Shown here: positions 36,256-46,322 of the stretch, one piece after another | Position numbering within the stretch: the stretch's first letter is position 1 | How the letters are laid out: every line of letters begins with the position of its first letter | DNA from: Minisyncoccota bacterium | GTDB lineage: Bacteria; Patescibacteriota; Minisyncoccia; Phycocordibacterales; UBA2100 | Assembly: GCA_022842645.1 (NCBI GenBank) | Contig: JALHPE010000002.1 | Span: 149,047-213,046, forward strand | Direction: 5' to 3' | DNA length: 64,000 nucleotides | The notes under the pieces: model-generated | What the model saw: the letters and a program-made list of their open reading frames with translations, nothing else | Told to the model about the DNA's origin: nothing | The model's database searches: none | Made by a program: the position numbers and the translations under genes

Positions 36256-37713
36256 TTAATTCTTTGGGCGCAAGAGTGGAAACAGTTGTGATTCATGTGC
36301 AGAACGATTCTCAAGGAAGGCAAAGAGACGCTCCGAAACACCGAATCCAAAAGCCGGTGGCATGCCATATTCCATTGCTTGGACATATTCTTCATCGAGG
36401 CGCTGCGCCTCATCGTCCCCTCCATCGCGCATTTTCTGTTGTTCTTCAAAACGCGCACGCTGATCCTGTGGATCATTGAGTTCGCTAAAACCCTTCCCCA
36501 TTTCGGAGCCGGCAAGCAGTACCTGGAAACGTTCGACCACGTCGGGGTTAGTGCTTGAGCGCTTTGCAAGCGGCTCAAGATACACGGGAACTCCCACGAG
36601 GAATGCAGGCCCCGCGATATTCTTGCGAATGCGTTTCCAAAGGTTATCAATCGCACGCGCTTTGTTCGGATCTTTCCCTAGTTCGACTTTTGCATTACGC
36701 GCTGCTTGAATCGCCTCTTCTTCAGTACATGTTACCGGGTTCACACCATACTCCTTTTCAATTGCCTCACAGAAATCTACAAGCGGCCATTCCTCGGCAA
36801 AATCAACAGTATGGTCACCAATTTGAAATGTATATTTTCCATACACAGCGTTCACGAGGTGGCGATAGAGATCTTTCGTAAATTCCATCCCCTTCTTCAT
36901 GTCGCTAAAAGCTTCGTAAAATTCAAGTGCTGTATAGTCTTGCAAATGCTCACGTGACTGCCCTTCGTTCCTAAAAATGCGTCCTATTTCAAACACTTTC
37001 GGAAAACCAGCAACAAGAAGACGCTTTTGCCAAAGTTCGAGCGAAATACGAAGATACACCTCGATATCGAGTGCATTGTGTTTGGTGATGAAAGGGCGCG
37101 CATCAGCGCCTCCCGGTGATGTTTCGAGTACTGGTGTCTCGACCTCGAGAAACCCACGTCCATGCAAAAATTCTCGCGCCGCACTCCAAAAGCGCGCACG
37201 ACGTTCAAACATGGCGCGCAAATCTTCATCAAGAAGTAGAGAGAGATATCGTTGACGAAGGATTGTTTCCTCGTCTTTGAGCCCAAACCACTGATCCGGA
37301 ATCGGTGCGAGTGATTTTGCAAGCATTTTCCAGGAAGTAGCTTTCAGCGAGTTGTGGCCACGATTGGTTTTGTAGGCGACTCCCGCCACCTGAATGAAAT
37401 CACCGACGTCTGTCGCGTTGGAGAAAAGGTGAAAAAGAGCTTCGTCGAACTCATCTTTTTGAAAAACCACCTGCACCTTGCCCGAGCCATCAAAAAGATC
37501 CACAAAGACAATCCCACCCTGACCACGTTTTGACATCACGCGCCCGGCGAGAGTTTTACTATTTCCTGAAGAAAGGAGATCTTCGAATTGCTCGAGAAAC
37601 ACCGACGCATCCGTGTCGCGCTCGGTTTGCGCCGGATATGCCTCCATCCCCGCAAGGCGCAGGAGTTCCATTTTTTTTAGACGATCTGCTCGAATTTCAT
37701 CGCCACTCGACAT
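36256..37713 (-). CDS. lysS: lysine--tRNA ligase (class II)
   Basis: OB-fold N-domain; class II motifs (FRNEGQSREH...EF; GFGVSERL). Confidence 0.85.
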   Translation of the reverse strand: MSSGDEIRADRLKKMELLRLAGMEAYPAQTERDTDASVFLEQFEDLLSSGNSKTLAGRVMSKRGQGGIVFVDLFDGSGKVQVVFQKDEFDEALFHLFSNATDVGDFIQVAGVAYKTNRGHNSLKATSWKMLAKSLAPIPDQWFGLKDEETILRQRYLSLLLDEDLRAMFERRARFWSAAREFLHGRGFLEVETPVLETSPGGADARPFITKHNALDIEVYLRISLELWQKRLLVAGFPKVFEIGRIFRNEGQSREHLQDYTALEFYEAFSDMKKGMEFTKDLYRHLVNAVYGKYTFQIGDHTVDFAEEWPLVDFCEAIEKEYGVNPVTCTEEEAIQAARNAKVELGKDPNKARAIDNLWKRIRKNIAGPAFLVGVPVYLEPLAKRSSTNPDVVERFQVLLAGSEMGKGFSELNDPQDQRARFEEQQKMRDGGDDEAQRLDEEYVQAMEYGMPPAFGFGVSERLFAFLENRSAHESQLFPLLRPKN

Positions 37714-37768
37714 CCCGCGATTCTACCATGAGAGAAGGCCCCGTGCGTTTTCGCACGAGGCCTCGCGT

Positions 37769-37932
37769 TATCGGCTGGATGCAATAAGTGCGATCCCAGC
37801 GCCAACAAAGAGCATGATAATGCCCGCTGCGCCAAGCACCATATCTCCAGACGATCCAATCTCACGAAATTCTATGAGGAGCACTGTGCCTCCCAGAATC
37901 CCGCCGAGACCGACAAGCGAACCAACGTTCAT
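37769..37932 (-). CDS. hypothetical small membrane protein (54 aa, 2 TM)
   Basis: MNVGSLVGLGGILGGTVLLIEF...; below the ORF-track size cutoff; found by manual translation. Confidence 0.3.
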
Positions 37933-37987
37933 AGAAACCTCCTTTTCGCTGGTTGAAAAGCATTATACTACAAAAAACTACGTAATG

Positions 37988-38401
37988 TCAATTCGTGACG
38001 CAATTGGCATACGTGGCGCCCCCTCCTTCAACGAGAGACGCCTGCTCCCCCCCCCCCCGAAACTCAATGGTTTGCGTATTGTTGAGGTAACGAATACCAG
38101 AATCAGACTCTGCTTGTCGGAGTGTAATCTGTCTCCCATCTGAAAGTGTGAGGCCGAGAATATCGCGTGTAAAAACAGCCGTCATAGTCTTCGCTTCAGC
38201 GCAGGCAAATTCTACGAGATTCTCCTCACCGATGGATGCCCCTTGGCGTTCGGTTGGAGCGGGTGGTTTTTCCTCGTGCGCGGTCTCGATCGGTTGTGAA
38301 ACCGTTACGGGCTGAGCGAGAGGCACAGAATCTTCCCGCATGAAGAAGAAGGCTGAGAGAGCGATTAAGGCGAGTATGGTGATGGAAACCGCCACCTTCA
38401 T
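37988..38401 (-). CDS. MliC-like (C-type lysozyme inhibitor family) secreted/lipoprotein-like protein containing a G12 homopolymer
   Basis: Signal/TM N-terminus; ESDSGIRY ... FRGGGEQASLVEGGG...C resembles the MliC SxSGAxY...C pattern. The RGGGE codons are encoded by a 12-G run (plus-strand C12 at 38047-38058). Confidence 0.45.
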   Translation of the reverse strand: MKVAVSITILALIALSAFFFMREDSVPLAQPVTVSQPIETAHEEKPPAPTERQGASIGEENLVEFACAEAKTMTAVFTRDILGLTLSDGRQITLRQAESDSGIRYLNNTQTIEFRGGGEQASLVEGGGATYANCVTN

Positions 38402-39519
38402 TACTCCATGCTAGCACGCCTCTCGGATACCAACATACGCACCGAAACCCACGTGGTGATCGGAACCGCGAGCACCAGCCCGATTGAGCCGACGAGGATA
38501 CGTACTATTTCCGTCGCAAATATTTCGCGATTAATGGTGAGTCCCAGATTCAAATCACCTGTTTGATAAAAGAGAAGAAGAAGCGGAAGTGCCGCGCCGG
38601 CATAGGCGATGGCAAGCGTATTCACCAAAGCACCCACGTGCTCGCGACCAATACGAAGCGCACGACGATAGATTTCCGCTCGAGAAAGGTGCTCTCCTGC
38701 GCTCGCAAGTTCTTCCACTGCCACTGCTTGCCCGATAGCACCGTCGTAGAGGACACCGAGGAGGCCAATCAAAATCCCTCCAAGAAGAAGCCCTGCAAGA
38801 TCGATCGCTCCGCGTGCGTTCAGGTTCAAATAGGTCACCTCATCCCCACTCCAACCCTCCAGGTGCGTCCATTCAATAGAAAGCCACGCGAGAATACCAG
38901 TGATGCCGATGGTAATAATCATTCCGAGCACAGCTGCGCTTGTTGTCTTAGTAAAACCGTGTGTCACGTAAGAGCCAAGCGTCACAATGACCGCGGCAAC
39001 CGCAATTGAAACCAGGACCGGCGAATACCCCGCAAGAATTCCTGGCAGGAGAAATGCGCCGATGAAAAAGAAACTGCCGAAAAGCGCAAGGAGTCCGCGC
39101 GCACCTTGCTTACCACCAAAAATAAGTGTCACAAAAATAAAAAGCGCCGCAAGTATAAAGAGCGGCGTGGTTCTTTCACGCTCCACCACAGAGTAGTAAT
39201 CAGTACCATCAAGATCGCTCAAAGTATGGTTTACGTAGAGTACGTCGCCTTCGTCGAGCACGAAGTAATCATTTTCAATGGTAACTATTTCACCTTTTTC
39301 CGGCTCTTCAAGAATTTCGACACGAATGGTCTGATAGGTACCCGTCACATTCGTTCCTGGCACCTGCTTTGTTTCTTGCGCAACCACCTCGACGACCCGA
39401 GCTTTCATGATGTAGACCGTGTCGCGCACCAATTCCTGTGCAAAAAGTGACGCGGGAAGTGCAAAGAAAAGAAGTGCAAGAAAGAGTCGCATGTGATTAG
39501 TATACGCGCTCAGGCACAT
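38401..39519 (-). CDS. YibE/F-family membrane protein
   Basis: N-terminal signal plus soluble domain, then about eight TM segments. Confidence 0.5.
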   Translation of the reverse strand: MCLSAYTNHMRLFLALLFFALPASLFAQELVRDTVYIMKARVVEVVAQETKQVPGTNVTGTYQTIRVEILEEPEKGEIVTIENDYFVLDEGDVLYVNHTLSDLDGTDYYSVVERERTTPLFILAALFIFVTLIFGGKQGARGLLALFGSFFFIGAFLLPGILAGYSPVLVSIAVAAVIVTLGSYVTHGFTKTTSAAVLGMIITIGITGILAWLSIEWTHLEGWSGDEVTYLNLNARGAIDLAGLLLGGILIGLLGVLYDGAIGQAVAVEELASAGEHLSRAEIYRRALRIGREHVGALVNTLAIAYAGAALPLLLLFYQTGDLNLGLTINREIFATEIVRILVGSIGLVLAVPITTWVSVRMLVSERRASME

Positions 39520-39908
39520 TTATTGCAGAGCCCGAAGAATTCAAGTGCATGCTCGGAAATAGTCTTAAACCCGCGTGAGTTTTTGAGCACCTTTTTTTCA
39601 AGAGGTTCTACGTCGCACGCTTCAAGCTCTTCAACAACCCCACAGTCGGTGCACACGAGATGGTGATGATGCCCCCCAGAGAGTTCGTAACGCATCACGC
39701 CATCCTTAAAGCGTACTTCATGCGCAAGCTCTGCTGCGTGGAGGCTCTGGAGCGTGCGATAGACCGTCACCAGATCGACGTCGGCTACACGCGCGCGAAC
39801 CTCTTCTGCAGTTAAAGGTCCGGTGCAACTTTGCAAAATTTTCATGATGGACAGACGCTTTGGTGTGGCACGCAGACCCTTGGAACGAAGGAGGTGACTC
39901 AATGGCAT
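39510..39908 (-). CDS. Fur-family metal-responsive regulator (Zur/Fur-like)
   Basis: TPKRLSIMKIL...; HHHH and CTDCG...C metal sites. Confidence 0.7.
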   Translation of the reverse strand: MPLSHLLRSKGLRATPKRLSIMKILQSCTGPLTAEEVRARVADVDLVTVYRTLQSLHAAELAHEVRFKDGVMRYELSGGHHHHLVCTDCGVVEELEACDVEPLEKKVLKNSRGFKTISEHALEFFGLCNKCA

Positions 39909-39944
39909 GCATACACGGTACTTTAAATGCAACCGTTCTGCAAA

Positions 39945-40529
39945 CTATGCGTGCACGAACGTGCAGACCGTGTGCCCGCCGAAAAGATAGATGCGCCGGG
40001 AACTCTGCATGCGAAGCCCTGCACTCTCTGCGAAACACTCTACCTCCGGAAGCGTGTAGTAGCGTTCAAAGTGATATGGCTCGGGACAGCCGTCGAAATT
40101 CTTGAAAAGCTGGAGCGCGTGATTGCGAGGCATGATATCGATGATGTGCGCCACACCTCCCCGCCGAAGCACGCGCGCTATTTCAGAAAAAACTTTCAGT
40201 GGTTCTTTATAGTGATGGAGTGACATAGATGTGAGAACCATGTCAAATGTCGCATCTGGATATGGCAACTGCACTGCATCTGCCTGCACGAACGTTGCTA
40301 AAGGACAACGCTTCTTCGCTCGCTCGAGAATGGAGGGCAGGATATCAACGCCATGCAGGAAGAGAGCTGGAAAATAATCGGATACGCACTTTAGAAAAGC
40401 TCCCTCTCCGCACGACAGATCAAGAAGTGTGCCCTCGTTTTTCAGATCGTAGATAGAGAAAAAACGTGCGCGCATTCGCGAAGCGAACCATGCTTTAAAC
40501 GACGCACGAGCCGAATGTACCCATTGCAT
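39945..40529 (-). CDS. class I SAM-dependent methyltransferase
   Basis: LLDLSCGEGAF (motif I); DMVLTSMSLHH. Confidence 0.65.
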   Translation of the reverse strand: MQWVHSARASFKAWFASRMRARFFSIYDLKNEGTLLDLSCGEGAFLKCVSDYFPALFLHGVDILPSILERAKKRCPLATFVQADAVQLPYPDATFDMVLTSMSLHHYKEPLKVFSEIARVLRRGGVAHIIDIMPRNHALQLFKNFDGCPEPYHFERYYTLPEVECFAESAGLRMQSSRRIYLFGGHTVCTFVHA

Positions 40530-40605
40530 CCTCGCATCCTACCTGACCCACATATAGATGCAAATGAGTTGCATGTAATTCATTTTCATGTTACGCTCCC
40601 CCTAC

Positions 40606-41331
40606 ATGAAAATCGCATTCTTAGGAAAAGGCGGGAGCGGGAAATCAACCCTCGCAACGGCGTGCGTACGGCATTTGCATACATCAGGACGGCGTGTGCT
40701 TGCCATTGATGCCGACCACAATATGGATCTCATATTGAACTTGGGAGCTGATTCCCTCCCCCACTATTTAGGTGATGACCCCGCGGCAATCAAACGACAT
40801 GCGAATGTGCCGGAGGATGTAAGCAGCTATACAAAGGCGGCAGAAATCGCACGTGCAAATGATGTCGTTTTTCGCCTTTCTCCGCCGGATGCTTACACTG
40901 CACATTTTGCGCATGAAGTAGCGCCACGTCTGCATCTCATGGCGGCGGGGCCGCACACCGACATCGTGAGAAGCGGCGAACACTGCTCACATTCGCTTGC
41001 GGCACCCTTAAAAGTGCACCTGCCGCTTTTACAACTTGCTGAGGATGAAGCGGTCGTCATTGACGAGCGTGCAGGGACCGACCCTGTCGCCACCGGCATA
41101 CTGAAAGGCGTTCATATCGCGATCATCGTCGCAGAGCCGACGGTGCATAGCGCACGCGTTGCGAGGCAGATTGCAGAGGAGCTCTCCCGCGCGGGCGTGC
41201 GACACGAATTCGTTGCAAACAAGGTACGCAACGAATTGCCAATACTGCCACGCTCCCCACTTGCCGTCGTGCGCTTCGGCGCAGAGCCGGAGGCGAGCGA
41301 AGCGATTGAGAAGATACTTGAGGCTCTGTAG
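40606..41331 (+). CDS. P-loop ATPase, CooC/MinD/ParA-like
   Basis: MKIAFLGKGGSGKSTLA deviant Walker A. Confidence 0.6.
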   Translation: MKIAFLGKGGSGKSTLATACVRHLHTSGRRVLAIDADHNMDLILNLGADSLPHYLGDDPAAIKRHANVPEDVSSYTKAAEIARANDVVFRLSPPDAYTAHFAHEVAPRLHLMAAGPHTDIVRSGEHCSHSLAAPLKVHLPLLQLAEDEAVVIDERAGTDPVATGILKGVHIAIIVAEPTVHSARVARQIAEELSRAGVRHEFVANKVRNELPILPRSPLAVVRFGAEPEASEAIEKILEAL

Positions 41332-41409
41332 TCGGCATGCGACGGGTGATCGATACCCCGTCGCATGCCGGTTATTGGTGACCGGCGCTTGTTCTTTACG
41401 GAGAGTGCA

Positions 41410-41814
41410 ATGTCACTTCCTTCTATTCCTCTTGTTGCGCGTCAACTTGGTGTGTTGATCAAAAGCGCGAGCTCAGACGAGCTCGAGCGCGTCATCGTTG
41501 GTGCGATGCGCAGGGATCTTCCGCTCGCGGTCGACTATCTCGAACGTCACGCACGAGAAACGCGCGCAACCGGGAAATCAACCTTCGGCAACGAAGACCC
41601 TAACTCAACTCTCGGGAAGCAGCTTACTCGCATCTGTGCAGGCACGGTTCTACGCGAACTTGCGGAAAAGCATTTCTGCGGTGGACTCAGACTTTCATTC
41701 CTGAATTGCTGTGGACCGGTTTTGAGCCCTCAAGGTGAGAAGCCGGACAAAGACGCGCTCATCAAGCGTCAGATCTCTATGCAGGACGGAACCATCGCGC
41801 ACGCCGATTGCTAA
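41410..41814 (+). CDS. hypothetical protein
   Basis: ORF only; start ambiguous (41365 or 41410). Confidence 0.35.
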   Translation: MSLPSIPLVARQLGVLIKSASSDELERVIVGAMRRDLPLAVDYLERHARETRATGKSTFGNEDPNSTLGKQLTRICAGTVLRELAEKHFCGGLRLSFLNCCGPVLSPQGEKPDKDALIKRQISMQDGTIAHADC

Positions 41815-41858
41815 ACGTGCAGAAAAAAATGAACGGAGCCTCGCGGAAACGCGGGGCT

Positions 41859-42077
41859 CTATTTTTTCAGGCTTTTCCCGCTTTCGTAGCGCGCGTAGGC
41901 GAACGTATGCAGGAAACTCGTCATTTTCCCATACAATCTCTTCGCAAAAAGGCGAAGCATGCCGAGTCCTGCGCCGCCGACAACAAGCGCGGTCGCCGCC
42001 ATCTGTTGCAGAAATGGTCCACAGGGCCCAAACGCGCCACAGACGGGAACCTGGGTCACGCCACAAAACATGCACAT
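41859..42077 (-). CDS. hypothetical small Cys-rich membrane protein (72 aa)
   Basis: MCMFCGVTQVPVCGAFGPCGPF followed by a TM segment. Confidence 0.3.
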   Translation of the reverse strand: MCMFCGVTQVPVCGAFGPCGPFLQQMAATALVVGGAGLGMLRLFAKRLYGKMTSFLHTFAYARYESGKSLKK

Positions 42078-42150
42078 GTACTTATTCTACCCGACGCCAT
42101 AGAGCACACGCTCCCCACCTGTGAATTGCAAATGATTTGCATTTATAAAA

Positions 42151-42972
42151 ATGTGCGGTACGCTGGGGTGCATGTCTATTACACTCATGTCGTTCCTTGC
42201 CGCGCTTGCGGTCATGCTTATTTCATTATCAGGTGTCCTCTTTGCCTCGGGATTTCTGCGCACATGGATGCATCGCAATCTTCCCTACCTCGCTACATTT
42301 GCGGGCGGTGTTTTTCTTATCGTCATTTTCCATCTTCTTGAGGAATCGCTTCACGAAGGCTCGGTTGCGCTCGCGGCGGGTTCGGTACTTTTTGGTGCGG
42401 CTCTTATTGAAGCCTTACATCACCTCCTCCCTTCCGGGCACCATCACCACTCAATCGAGCACGGACACGAGCACTCTCCCATCGATGGCCGCCGCGTCCT
42501 CGCGAGCGATGCGGTGCATAACGTGGGCGATGGCGTTTTAATTGTCGCCTCGTTCTCCGCGGGGCCAGTAACAGGCATCGCTGCAACAATCGGAATTTTA
42601 GTCCATGAATTTGTGCAGGAAATCTCTGAGTTCTTTGTGCTTCGTGGCGCCGGCTACTCGGTGCGTGATGCACTTCTGCGCAATCTTCTTGCCTCATCGA
42701 CCATTCTCATAGGCGTAGCACTTGCAGCCTTCCTCTCCTCATCAGAAGAAATCGCAGTCTTGTTTGCCGGAGTTGCCGCAGGCGGTTTCCTCGCCGTCAT
42801 TCTCCGCGACCTTATTCCACACACGGCGGACGCTATTCGCGCGCACGGCGGCGCCCTCATGCACGTCCTTGCACTCGTTCTCGGCGTGAGCCTGATGCTT
42901 GGAGTGCAGGCGCTCAGTCCACATACACACGAACACGCCGATGAAGAACATACAACAGAACACCTCGGTTAA
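42151..42972 (+). CDS. ZIP-family metal transporter (ZupT-like)
   Basis: HNVGDGVLIVASF and HEFVQEISEF ZIP motifs; His-rich loop GHHHHSIEHGHEHS. Confidence 0.8.
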   Translation: MCGTLGCMSITLMSFLAALAVMLISLSGVLFASGFLRTWMHRNLPYLATFAGGVFLIVIFHLLEESLHEGSVALAAGSVLFGAALIEALHHLLPSGHHHHSIEHGHEHSPIDGRRVLASDAVHNVGDGVLIVASFSAGPVTGIAATIGILVHEFVQEISEFFVLRGAGYSVRDALLRNLLASSTILIGVALAAFLSSSEEIAVLFAGVAAGGFLAVILRDLIPHTADAIRAHGGALMHVLALVLGVSLMLGVQALSPHTHEHADEEHTTEHLG

Positions 42973-43008
42973 GCCGAGGTGTTCTTGTTTTTGGAACCGA
43001 AGAAACAC

Positions 43009-43263
43009 TTAGGAAAGGTGCTTTGAGACGAGTTTCGTCATCTCAAACATTGAGACCGTACCCTTTCCGCCAAACACTTTCTTGAGCTTGTCATCGCCGT
43101 TGATGTTGCGCTTGTTCTTCGCGTCCTGAAGGTCATGCTTCTTAATATAGACCCAGAGAGCCTTCACAACCTCAGAGCGAGGCATAGGACCCTTCCCCAC
43201 AACCGCCTCGAGTTCATCCGAGAGAGTCATTGGTTTCATAAATGCTGAATTGCTCTTTGCCAT
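43009..43263 (-). CDS. SWIB/MDM2 domain protein
   Basis: DELEAVVGKGPMPRSEVVKALWVYIKKHDLQD...MFEMTKLVSKHL. Confidence 0.7.
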   Translation of the reverse strand: MAKSNSAFMKPMTLSDELEAVVGKGPMPRSEVVKALWVYIKKHDLQDAKNKRNINGDDKLKKVFGGKGTVSMFEMTKLVSKHLS

Positions 43264-43336
43264 AGAAATGTGATTTTAGAGCTTAATAATCGTCATGCGT
43301 CTGACCCCTACACTAAATACGAGTGCGTCCCTCTCG

Positions 43337-43756
43337 TCAATCGACTTTTCCCTCACCCTGTGTAGAGCTATTTTCAGGTTCAAACTGGAGGCAGACCGAA
43401 TTTATGCAGTGACGCTTACCTGTGGGAGTCGGTCCGTCGTTAAAAACATGCCCTAAATGCGACTCACACTGCGCGCACACGACCTCAGTGCGGTGCATGC
43501 CGTGGGAATCGTCCTCGATAAACTCAACGGCTCCAGGCAAGGCCTCATCGAAGGATGGCCATCCCGTGCCAGAATCAAATTTCTTCGAGGATTCAAATAA
43601 CTGATTACCACACGCAGCACATCGGAACATACCAGAGCGCTTCTCCCCCAAAAGAGAGCCGCTAAAAGGCGCTTCTGTCCCCTTTTCACGCAAGACGGCA
43701 TACGCCTCAGGGGTAAGCCTCTGTTTAAATACATCATCCTCTTTCGTATCGCTCAT
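43337..43756 (-). CDS. msrB: peptide-methionine (R)-S-oxide reductase
   Basis: CxxC pairs (CAACGNQL ... CAQCESHLGHVFNDGP) and RHCINS. Confidence 0.85.
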   Translation of the reverse strand: MSDTKEDDVFKQRLTPEAYAVLREKGTEAPFSGSLLGEKRSGMFRCAACGNQLFESSKKFDSGTGWPSFDEALPGAVEFIEDDSHGMHRTEVVCAQCESHLGHVFNDGPTPTGKRHCINSVCLQFEPENSSTQGEGKVD

Positions 43757-43858
43757 AACACAACTATACACCTTGAGAATATTGACGCATGCAGGAGAAA
43801 GAGTATAAGAGAACGAGAGTGTAAATGTTCTTGCGCTCTTCAGAAAGAGGTACTGCAC

Positions 43859-44164
43859 ATGAAAAAAATGTTGCTTGCGGGAGTGTGTGCGCTCTCTCCC
43901 CTAATCCTCGTTCTTTCCAACTTCAACTCAAAACCATTCGTATCCGGGCATGAGGCTTACGCGCACTACATGCCAGAAGGATACGGTGTGAAATCGTGGT
44001 CGTGTACGGTAGATGTACCAGCATTTGGTGACTACACATACTACGTGCGCGATGCCTACATGCGCTGCTCATTGCAGTATGCGGCAAAACGAAACTGTCC
44101 AGCATGGATGCCCCACCAATGGTGTCCCGCAAACGTGCGAATGTTGGCCGAGGCACCGCGTTAA
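43859..44164 (+). CDS. hypothetical secreted Cys-containing protein
   Basis: Signal peptide MKKMLLAGVCALSPLILVLS. Confidence 0.35.
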   Translation: MKKMLLAGVCALSPLILVLSNFNSKPFVSGHEAYAHYMPEGYGVKSWSCTVDVPAFGDYTYYVRDAYMRCSLQYAAKRNCPAWMPHQWCPANVRMLAEAPR

Positions 44165-44283
44165 AACTACAACCGACCCCGCTCTGTATGGCGGGGTCGC
44201 ACTTTTACAAGATAACTCACACACAAACCTTGACTTGATGTCCATTCATGAGAAAGTCTTGGAAGAAGTGGAGGAACCGACCC

Positions 44284-44616
44284 ATGCTTACAAAAGCCCT
44301 GTTTATGAGCATGACATGTGTCATGCTCGCGAATGGCACTGCGTGCGCACAAACATGCGCACGAGACAGACCGCTTGATGTAAAACTTTTTGTCACTGCC
44401 GAATGCCTTCAATGTGATGAGGCGCGTCGTTTTTTGTATAGCCAAGGCATTCCCTTCCGAGAATTCGATGCACGATATCCTGAAATCGCACGAAGACTCC
44501 TCGACGGACCGGCGCAAGGCGCTGTTCCTGCCATATATATCTGTGGTGAGTGGTTCGTGGGGTTTGGTGCGATCACTAAGCATCAGATTCTGAATCTCTT
44601 CCCACAACCCACCTGA
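44284..44616 (+). CDS. secreted glutaredoxin/NrdH-like thioredoxin-fold protein
   Basis: Signal peptide; VKLFVTAECLQCDEARRFLYSQGIPFREFDA...VPAIYICGEWFVGF. Confidence 0.5.
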   Translation: MLTKALFMSMTCVMLANGTACAQTCARDRPLDVKLFVTAECLQCDEARRFLYSQGIPFREFDARYPEIARRLLDGPAQGAVPAIYICGEWFVGFGAITKHQILNLFPQPT

Positions 44617-44762
44617 AGACCGCCTTATACAAGGCGGTCTTTACTTTTATGGGGATAACTGTACCCCTTTACAAACAGAGTGAGGGGTGTACGGTTTAGG
44701 TAGTGGTTCCTTCCGTGTGATTCGGGGTTGACTAAGTAGTTTTGATAGAAAAGGAGACACAC

Positions 44763-44969
44763 ATGCTAGAGCTGTTAATGACGGTATGCCTTCTTAGCGA
44801 TCCGAGTCGCTGCAAAGACGTACCTCTCACGTATTCGGCTGAACACTTGACGCCAATGCAATGCATGATGGGTGCACAGCCGGAAATCGCCAAGTGGATT
44901 GACAGTCACCCCAAGTGGACGCTCAAGCGCTGGACCTGTCAAAAAGCAGGAACCTTCGCAAAGATCTAG
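44763..44969 (+). CDS. hypothetical small Cys-containing protein
   Basis: SD AAGGAGA before the ATG at 44763. Confidence 0.35.
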   Translation: MLELLMTVCLLSDPSRCKDVPLTYSAEHLTPMQCMMGAQPEIAKWIDSHPKWTLKRWTCQKAGTFAKI

Positions 44970-45054
44970 GAGGCTCCCGTGGAGGAGACGCAAAAAGGAA
45001 TACGATAAGGGCCGAGACGTGAACCAACGCTCCCGGCCCTTTCGACGTTTAACC

Positions 45055-46290
45055 TTAGAGTACGAACTCGCCGTCTTTGTAGATAACTTTTGTTGAGCCG
45101 TTTTTGAGATGCGCGGTTACGGTGCGGCGGGTGGTTGAGATGATGTCGGTGTGCACCGAGGAATCATTGAAGCCGAGCTTCTCTGCCTGCTTTTTAGTGA
45201 ATGTTTTGAGATTCCCGCTATAGGTGTCTTTGTAGCTCGTGCCGACAGCGAGGTGAGTATTGCCATACGGACCTCCCATGTTTTCGTCGAAAAGCGTCTC
45301 CGCCATAAATTTAGTGATGCGCGAATGGCGACGGTCGGTAAGTGAATACTCACCCATCTTGTCGGCGTCTTTTGTCGCAATCATTTGCTTCAAGAGCTTT
45401 TCGTTGGTCTTTGCAGTCGCTTTAATCACTTTACCGTCCTTCCACCACAGTTGAATACCCGTAATCTTTGCGCCATAGCGATAGAGAGGCTGGTTAAAGC
45501 GAATCCAGCCATTCGTGCCACGCCAATCGGGTGATGTGAAGATCTCAAAGCTTGGAATGTTGCGGCCTGAGCCCGCAAGCCACTGACGTTTTTCTCCGAG
45601 TGTAATCCAAAGATCGGCATCCGCCCCTTTCACATGGAGCTTGTCGATCTGTGACGAAAGCTTATTTAAGCGCGAACGATATTTCTCAATATCCGCGTAA
45701 ACCTTCTTCCACTCACCAATCGGATCCTTTTTATCGAGGAAACATGCTTTCACAATCTCATTCCAGTATTCTTTCTCAGAGAGACCTGCTTCTTTAGCCA
45801 TGGCGGGCGTGCCATAGAGTGCTATCGTCCAGAAAAATTTGCCCTGCATTTCTTTTTCGTTCTGCCAGTCACGTGATTGCTTCCACGCAACGCCGCGGCG
45901 CATTATTTTTTTAGGATCAATACCTTCAAGTTCTTTTTTGTTTGCCTCAGAAATAATATGCACGACGTGGTCCATCTCGTCGACGAGTCCACGAACATAT
46001 TTTTTAGGAAACCAATCGAGCTGGTCGTCGCTCGCGTATGTGTAAAAATAGCGCGCCAAACTTTCTTTTGGGTCGCTTGAATCAGGTGCGTACTGCGCAA
46101 TCACGTGTCCACCCGCATTAATGACCGCATTGCGCACAGCAATAAAAAGCGGTTTACAGCTCTCTGAGCCGGTAATTTGCACCACTTCCCCTTTCTTAAT
46201 GCCCTTCCCCCCGCCGAGGGCAAAGTTAACGAGAACATCGGCGTACTTTTCGAGTATCTGTTTCGAGGGCGTGTATGGTTTTTGAGACAT
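45055..46290 (-). CDS. aminopeptidase, M29 family (AmpS/PepS-like)
   Basis: C-terminal TLFDENMGGPYGNTHLAVGTSYKD aligns to the M29 DTLFDENAASHIAFG region; 411 aa. Confidence 0.6.
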   Translation of the reverse strand: MSQKPYTPSKQILEKYADVLVNFALGGGKGIKKGEVVQITGSESCKPLFIAVRNAVINAGGHVIAQYAPDSSDPKESLARYFYTYASDDQLDWFPKKYVRGLVDEMDHVVHIISEANKKELEGIDPKKIMRRGVAWKQSRDWQNEKEMQGKFFWTIALYGTPAMAKEAGLSEKEYWNEIVKACFLDKKDPIGEWKKVYADIEKYRSRLNKLSSQIDKLHVKGADADLWITLGEKRQWLAGSGRNIPSFEIFTSPDWRGTNGWIRFNQPLYRYGAKITGIQLWWKDGKVIKATAKTNEKLLKQMIATKDADKMGEYSLTDRRHSRITKFMAETLFDENMGGPYGNTHLAVGTSYKDTYSGNLKTFTKKQAEKLGFNDSSVHTDIISTTRRTVTAHLKNGSTKVIYKDGEFVL

Positions 46291-46322
46291 TCGGAGAGGA
46301 TACTCGCTCCAGTGCGCGCTGT

